Positions 58,775 through 64,000 of a stretch of DNA of 64,000 nucleotides are shown here, one piece after another (position 1 is the first letter of the stretch; each line of letters opens with the position of its first letter). The translations under genes were made by a program, and so were the position numbers. Below the pieces are notes generated by a model that was given only the letters and a program-made list of their open reading frames with translations, was not told the DNA's origin and ran no database searches. Origin of the DNA: Candidatus Bathyarchaeia archaeon (GTDB lineage Archaea; Thermoproteota; Bathyarchaeia; 40CM-2-53-6); NCBI GenBank assembly GCA_050013255.1, contig JBEKFP010000001.1:96001-160000 (forward strand). Direction: 5' to 3'.

Positions 58775-59551
58775 ATGGACCCGCCAAAGGTCATTTATGC
58801 GATAGCTGAGAGTTGCCCGTTCGACGCGTTACTCATCAGAGATATGAAACGCGCCGTTAACTCCCTGATGCAACTCAACCTGAAGCGGTTCAGGGTCCCC
58901 GGGAAGTCTCTCGCTAAGTACTCGGCCTTGGATGTCATCAAGCAAGCACTGGAGCTTCTATTCGAATTTTCACCTTCCGAGAAAAATTACCGCGAAGCAA
59001 TGCGGACAATTCAAGTCTACTCAGAAGGGGATGAGGAGATGGTGCGCACAATGAGTGATAGCTTCCGTGTGATTGCGAACGCAGTGTACAACGCATATAA
59101 TGGACAGCGCCACGCAGAGTCACTCGCACCTGAGATACTCTTCCTAGAAGGCGTACCATTCGAACCAATAGAACTTCAACAATCTTTCAGGTTCGTTGGC
59201 GTTCGCCCCCCTGACATAAGCCCACCCAGCGTCAAGCGCACGGTCTTTCTGGATGAAGGCTTCGAACCCTACAAGCTGCTATTGGAAGGAAAAATACCGC
59301 GTGAAAAAGCCCAGAAAGGTAGGGAAAACCACTGGGTTAAGAACATCAAGGCCACGTTGAATGATTATGGAACCGCCCTAATTCGCGCAGGCGCCGAGCA
59401 CGTGATCCCACCGAAATCTGCAATAATGAAAATGCTTACCGAAATCCGACGGTCAGCCACTGGACGATTGCCGGAACTCCTCGAACGAGAAGGGATGACA
59501 GTCAATGTAATCTATCGGAACCTAGACGTCAATGAGGCCTATGGAAAGTAG
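58775..59551 (+). CDS. Hypothetical protein, possibly TraB/ChaN/EreA-like fold
   Basis: LFLEG...RENHW...AGAEHV. Confidence 0.5.
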   Translation: MDPPKVIYAIAESCPFDALLIRDMKRAVNSLMQLNLKRFRVPGKSLAKYSALDVIKQALELLFEFSPSEKNYREAMRTIQVYSEGDEEMVRTMSDSFRVIANAVYNAYNGQRHAESLAPEILFLEGVPFEPIELQQSFRFVGVRPPDISPPSVKRTVFLDEGFEPYKLLLEGKIPREKAQKGRENHWVKNIKATLNDYGTALIRAGAEHVIPPKSAIMKMLTEIRRSATGRLPELLEREGMTVNVIYRNLDVNEAYGK

Positions 59552-59573
59552 CCACGACGGCTCAAAGTTCGCT

Positions 59574-60281
59574 CTATCTTCGCTTCTTGGCGGTCAATAG
59601 GTATTGGTAGACGAAGCCCGCGAGTAAGGCTCCGAGAATGGGGCCAACCCAGTACACCCACAGATTCCCGAATGACCCAGACGCTATTGCGGGCCCGAGA
59701 GCTCGGGCAGGGTTCGCCGCACCACCCGTCAAAGGCCCCGCAATCAGAATGTCGGCAGTCAACGTCATGCCGATCAACAGGCCTGACGCGCCGGCAGGGA
59801 CATTATTGGTATACAATACTGCATAGACGGAGAACATTAGGAAGAAGGTGATAATCAACTCCACGACCACCGCCATAGCATCGCTTTGCCCTATGTAGGC
59901 AGAGGGGGCTGGTGAACCAAAGCCCGTTAGGGCACCATTCCCGGGTAGGATTAGCTTATGGGCTAAGCCAGCGAAAGTTGCGCCTAGAACTTGTGCCATA
60001 ATATATCCGATGCCGTCGTCAAAGTCCAATTTTCGAAGCGCGACAGCTGTAATCGTGACGGCTGGGTTAATGTGACAACCTGAGATGGAGCCGATCGCGT
60101 AGACCATCACCATTAGTATTAGGCCGTGGGCAAGGGCGATTCCTATGAACGAGGCGGCAGGCGATGCCAACCCCATGATTGGAAGGAAGATGGTTACTGA
60201 AACGGAGCCGAAGAATACCAGCGCGAATGTTCCGATGAATTCAGCTGTGTACGCTTGCCTTCCCATCTTCATCCCTAACAC
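59574..60281 (-). CDS. Aquaporin (MIP family)
   Basis: AEFIGTF; SGCHINPAVT; NPARALGP. Confidence 0.93.
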   Translation of the reverse strand: MLGMKMGRQAYTAEFIGTFALVFFGSVSVTIFLPIMGLASPAASFIGIALAHGLILMVMVYAIGSISGCHINPAVTITAVALRKLDFDDGIGYIMAQVLGATFAGLAHKLILPGNGALTGFGSPAPSAYIGQSDAMAVVVELIITFFLMFSVYAVLYTNNVPAGASGLLIGMTLTADILIAGPLTGGAANPARALGPAIASGSFGNLWVYWVGPILGALLAGFVYQYLLTAKKRR

Positions 60282-60362
60282 CAGCGGGTCTGCTTAGCCT
60301 TTCACATTCCTATAAAACACTTAAGGCGCCAATGGAATTAGCAGCGCGGCGGAGTCTCTGAG

Positions 60363-60827
60363 TTAGAGCTGCTCGCCGATTCTGTACGTGTATATCGTGT
60401 GCCCGAGCAACTCATCATAGATTCCAATAGGTTTCCAACCGGGGACTTTGAAGTCATGGGACACTACGCGCACGCCAGGCTTCAATTCCGCCTCTAACTT
60501 CGGCCGAAGACGTTCGTTCGCACTTGAAGTAAGGTACAGGGTGACCACGTTTGCATCCGATATGTTCACGTCAAAGAAGTTCCCCTGAATCACTTTCACT
60601 TTGTCTTCCAGGTTCAATCTCTTGATCTCCGTTCTGGCTCGTTCCACGAGATCTTCCCTCAACTCAATGCCAGTGGATTTCGCCCCAACATCTTTCGCAG
60701 CAAGAATGATCAGTCGACCGTCACCACAACCAAGGTCGTAAAGAACTTCGCCCGGTTTGATTTGCGACAAGTCCAACATCTTCTTCGCAACCTCGAGGGG
60801 AGTCTGAACAAAAGGTGCGATGCTCAT
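60363..60827 (-). CDS. SAM-dependent protein-lysine methyltransferase (crenarchaeal aKMT-like)
   Basis: PFVQTP; YDLGCGDGR; LRPKLEAELKPGVRVVSHDF. Confidence 0.8.
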   Translation of the reverse strand: MSIAPFVQTPLEVAKKMLDLSQIKPGEVLYDLGCGDGRLIILAAKDVGAKSTGIELREDLVERARTEIKRLNLEDKVKVIQGNFFDVNISDANVVTLYLTSSANERLRPKLEAELKPGVRVVSHDFKVPGWKPIGIYDELLGHTIYTYRIGEQL

Positions 60828-60865
60828 GAATTCAATCTTCCCGAACTTCGCCTTTACTGGGTGAT

Positions 60866-61195
60866 TTATGCGTATCGTCTCTCGCTTTCAGAACGTTCAA
60901 CCTTTGCTGTCTTGAAGGCCATTGGCATGCTCTTCTCTTTCTTCCCAGTCCACTTTACATCTTCTTCCAAAAAGCGAAGGCAAACGTCCTTGAACTGTTT
61001 GAAAATGTCTTTCAATTCCTCCTCGGTGAACGTGTCAATGAAAGATGGGTTTCTCAACCAGCTGTCCCACCCGCGAACGCTCTCAAAAAGCACTGAATTC
61101 ATCCGAATTAGACAAGCGTAGAGTCCCAACCGGTCGGCAGGGTCAAGCTTCTTAATGTCGTCGAGAGCCTTTGTTCGTTCTTCAGTCCATGACAA
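60866..61195 (-). CDS. DUF2153-family protein
   Basis: DRLGL...SVRGWDSWLRNP...FLEEDVKWT. Confidence 0.75.
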   Translation of the reverse strand: MSWTEERTKALDDIKKLDPADRLGLYACLIRMNSVLFESVRGWDSWLRNPSFIDTFTEEELKDIFKQFKDVCLRFLEEDVKWTGKKEKSMPMAFKTAKVERSESERRYA

Positions 61196-61418
61196 ACTCT
61201 TCGAGGCACCTTCTAATCCACGTCCACTCGCCCAACCGTAATTTAGCCTTATTCCCGATGTGAAATGGGCTCAGCACGAATTATCGCTCCCATGCATGAC
61301 TAATGTTCGCATTTCCCGTAGCCTGAACCGCTCGAGCGCGTCATGTTCTTGCGAAACCTAATTCAGGAGCGAAGCCATTCATCACGCCTAGAAAAGGGCT
61401 CGAAATGGTGATCTTCGT

Positions 61419-62204
61419 TTGACTCGTATTGAGCCTAAAGTCATTAAACTCGCTGAAACGCGGCTCGACCCAAAGGGTATCGAACAATTAGCGCGGCACT
61501 ACGCCGCCACGGAGTGGTTGGACAGAGCCAAGAAACTTCAACCAAACGAATCCGAGTTTCTCATTGAACTCTCGGGCCGTGTTTGCTACAAGAGTTTTGG
61601 TGTCGGTCTGAACCCTAATGTGACTAAGATTCGCGATAATCCCAAAGATTACATTGCAAACGTTTTGGAAAAGGGTGATGGAAGCATCCTCGAACATGCG
61701 ACAGTAACTTTTGCCTTTCTTAATGTGAGTAGGATTTTCACCCATGAGTTGGTTAGGCATCGCGTCGGGACAGCAATGAGTCAGGAGAGCTTGCGGTACG
61801 TGCGCCCCAAAGAAGTCAATGTCTGGGTTCCGCCGGATGTTGAACCGGTGGCTAAGAGGTTTGTCGAAACAGTTGAGGATATTCAGAAGCATTACCGCGA
61901 GTTGGAATCGGGGTTTGACTGGGACAAGATGACCTTCGAACAGAAGAAGCGAGTAACGTCGGCCCTGCGCCGTATCCTGCCAGACGGCATTGCGACCAAC
62001 ATTATTTGGACTGCGAACCATAGAACGTTAAGGTGGGTAATAGAAATGCGAACAGACCCTAGCGCTGAGGTTGAAATTCGTAAGGTTTTCGGCCAAGTAG
62101 CTGAGATTTGCATGCGGGATTACCCGCTCCTCTACTCGGACTTTTCAAAGACGAAACTTCCTGACAACAGCTTCCAGTATCTGCCGAAGTTTTCAAAGGT
62201 GTAG
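61419..62204 (+). CDS. thyX: FAD-dependent thymidylate synthase
   Basis: GRVCYKS; SILEH; HELVRHR...SQESLRY; AEVEIR. Confidence 0.92.
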   Translation: MTRIEPKVIKLAETRLDPKGIEQLARHYAATEWLDRAKKLQPNESEFLIELSGRVCYKSFGVGLNPNVTKIRDNPKDYIANVLEKGDGSILEHATVTFAFLNVSRIFTHELVRHRVGTAMSQESLRYVRPKEVNVWVPPDVEPVAKRFVETVEDIQKHYRELESGFDWDKMTFEQKKRVTSALRRILPDGIATNIIWTANHRTLRWVIEMRTDPSAEVEIRKVFGQVAEICMRDYPLLYSDFSKTKLPDNSFQYLPKFSKV

Positions 62205-62234
62205 AGACCTACACTGCCAACCAGGTCAGAAGAT

Positions 62235-63017
62235 ATGCCTGAACCCTTTTGGAAAACCTCAATATCAAGAGTGGAACCAAACAAGATTTTGGTCCGCGGC
62301 TACAACCTCATGGACCTTGTTGGAAAATACAGCTACTCTGACTTGACATATCTTCTCTGGCAAGGGGAACTTCCATCACCTAACCACTCCCGCATCATGG
62401 ACGCTTTGCTCACAGTCTGCCTCGAACATAGCCTGAACTCGCCTTCAGTCGACGCGACACGCTTCGTGGCATCATGCGGCGTCCCGTTACAATCTGCTGT
62501 ATCTGCTGGGGTCGCCGCGATTGGAGATTGGCACGGCGGCGCTATAGAGCAGGCAGCGAAAATACTCCAGGAAGGGATCGCCGACATGAAGGACACGAGG
62601 CTCTCACCGAAAGAATGCGCTGAGAAGATTCTACGAGATGTTACAAGCCGCAAAGAGCGGATTCCTGGGTTTGGGCATCCCACCCACACTAAAGACCCTA
62701 GAACCATTAGGCTTCTGGAGATTGCGAAAGAAGCTCAGCTACTTGGGTCACACGTTGAACTTGCTCAGGCCATCGAGTCGTTGACTGAGAAGTTCTTCGG
62801 CAAACGCCTCATATTGAATGTAGATGGTTGCATCGCTGCCATAATATCGGATATGGGGTTTGATTGGAGGTTGGGAAAGGCTTTCTTCATTGTAAGCCGA
62901 ACACCAGGTCTGATTGCCCACGCTTATGAGCAGATGTACAGTGAGAAACCGTACAAGTCTGCCCAATGGGATGAGATCGTATACACAGGCCCACCTGAGC
63001 GGCAACCGCCAAAATAA
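62235..63017 (+). CDS. ccl: Citryl-CoA lyase
   Basis: WKTSIS; VRGYNL; HGGAIE; IPGFGHP; LNVDG; about 260 aa, citrate-synthase-like C-terminal domain only. Confidence 0.82.
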   Translation: MPEPFWKTSISRVEPNKILVRGYNLMDLVGKYSYSDLTYLLWQGELPSPNHSRIMDALLTVCLEHSLNSPSVDATRFVASCGVPLQSAVSAGVAAIGDWHGGAIEQAAKILQEGIADMKDTRLSPKECAEKILRDVTSRKERIPGFGHPTHTKDPRTIRLLEIAKEAQLLGSHVELAQAIESLTEKFFGKRLILNVDGCIAAIISDMGFDWRLGKAFFIVSRTPGLIAHAYEQMYSEKPYKSAQWDEIVYTGPPERQPPK

Positions 63018-63173
63018 TTATTGAATCGATTCAGCTGGCGCTGCCACGGCTCTTCGCCAGACAGGCAGCAGCTAGTTCGCGCATTTCTCAACCAAGCTTC
63101 AACTTCCCTTCTTGTTCGAACTGCGTGGCGGAATCGTTGGAGAAGCCAGCGGCTTTCTTCCGGCGCGGATAGG

Positions 63174-63827
63174 TTAGCGTTCCTTTTCCAATATCTTGAC
63201 ATCACACTTAACGAGCGTTTGGAAAGTTTCAGCGTCATTTCTGCTGCCTACTATTGCGCCGTAATGCATCGGGATGACGATTTTGGGATTAAATGATGCT
63301 ACAGCTTCAGCCGCTTCTTGCGCGGTCATTACATAGGTGCCTGAGACCGGGATGAGAGCGATGTCAGCCCGTATGTTCTTCATTTCAGGGATATGATCCG
63401 TGTCGCCTGCGTGGTAAATGCGAACCCCTTTCACGGTTACGATGAACCCTAATTTTCCATCCTCCTTCGGGTGGAAGACCTTTCCTGGTTCACGGAACTT
63501 GTTCAGATTATACGCCGGGACGGCTTCAACCTCAATGTCACCGAACTTAACCTTGTCGCCCGGTTTTATGATCTTGATATCTTTCACTTTCAGCTTAGAT
63601 AATTCGTTCTTGGATTGGGCGTGCGCGACGATCGTTGTGTTGGGAGTGGTGATCTTCTTCAAGTCATCGACGCTGCAATGGTCACCATGCTCGTGGCTGA
63701 CGAGAATGAGATCCGCTTTGGGCCCGCCTTCGATCTGGTACGGGTCGATGTATAGGACTTGACCGTTCTGAATTCTGAAGCCGTCGTGTCCTAACCAGGT
63801 GAGTTTGACATTTTGGTACTCGTACAT
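63174..63827 (-). CDS. MBL-fold metal-dependent hydrolase
   Basis: WLGHDGF; SHEHGDH; YHAGDT; PMHYG. Confidence 0.88.
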   Translation of the reverse strand: MYEYQNVKLTWLGHDGFRIQNGQVLYIDPYQIEGGPKADLILVSHEHGDHCSVDDLKKITTPNTTIVAHAQSKNELSKLKVKDIKIIKPGDKVKFGDIEVEAVPAYNLNKFREPGKVFHPKEDGKLGFIVTVKGVRIYHAGDTDHIPEMKNIRADIALIPVSGTYVMTAQEAAEAVASFNPKIVIPMHYGAIVGSRNDAETFQTLVKCDVKILEKER

Positions 63828-64000
63828 CTCTGGAACCGCCAAGATAGTAGCCATTCCTTTCATTAAAAAAGGGCACAGTTCCGTGGCCGAGACGTTCCGA
63901 TCCTACTGACTCCCTTCAATGTTTTTTTGTTTCAGATTCTATGGAATAGGCCTCTGCGTGAGGGCTGGTTGGCAAGCTGACTGAACAAGTTTTTTCGAAC

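Noticed and set aside
63931-64000. Possible 3' end of a minus-strand gene entering from the right edge
   Set aside because: Only about 22 codons visible; insufficient evidence

Overview
Archaeal chromosomal DNA, most consistent with a TACK-group lineage such as Bathyarchaeia or a relative. This placement is inferred from a stand-alone L40e, DUF2153, an aKMT-type methyltransferase, PINA, PAC2 and a BHB-intron tRNA. Most of the window is housekeeping or metabolic: gcvPA, PINA ATPase, Hsp20, RtcB with a 500-aa LAGLIDADG intein, RNase J, sucCD, aspS, Mrp/SufT, UDG, TldD/PmbA, an ACS-GNAT fusion, tRNA-Val(CAC) with an 18-nt intron, 2-oxoacid/acetoin dehydrogenase E1a/E1b/E2, aquaporin, ThyX and citryl-CoA lyase. 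Two accessory tracts (about 10.4-14.2 kb and 26.3-34.6 kb) carry mobility scars: a transposase remnant and truncated CDF, DoxX and ABC-permease fragments. The most notable observations are: (1) an mntH-mntR manganese cassette bracketed by two direct-repeat tRNA 3'-end fragments, one of which appears to carry a 13-nt micro-inversion; (2) a modular dispersed intergenic repeat family with palindromes and hairpins at about 11.2, 36.3, 39.3 and weakly 34.5 kb; (3) a ribophorin-I-like protein; (4) three readable operator systems (heat shock, DtxR/MntR, PadR); (5) a putative PCNA-linked nuclease gene pair; and (6) an NTase-like gene heading a tldD-pmbA peptide-processing locus. All family calls come from motif recognition by eye; no database search was run.
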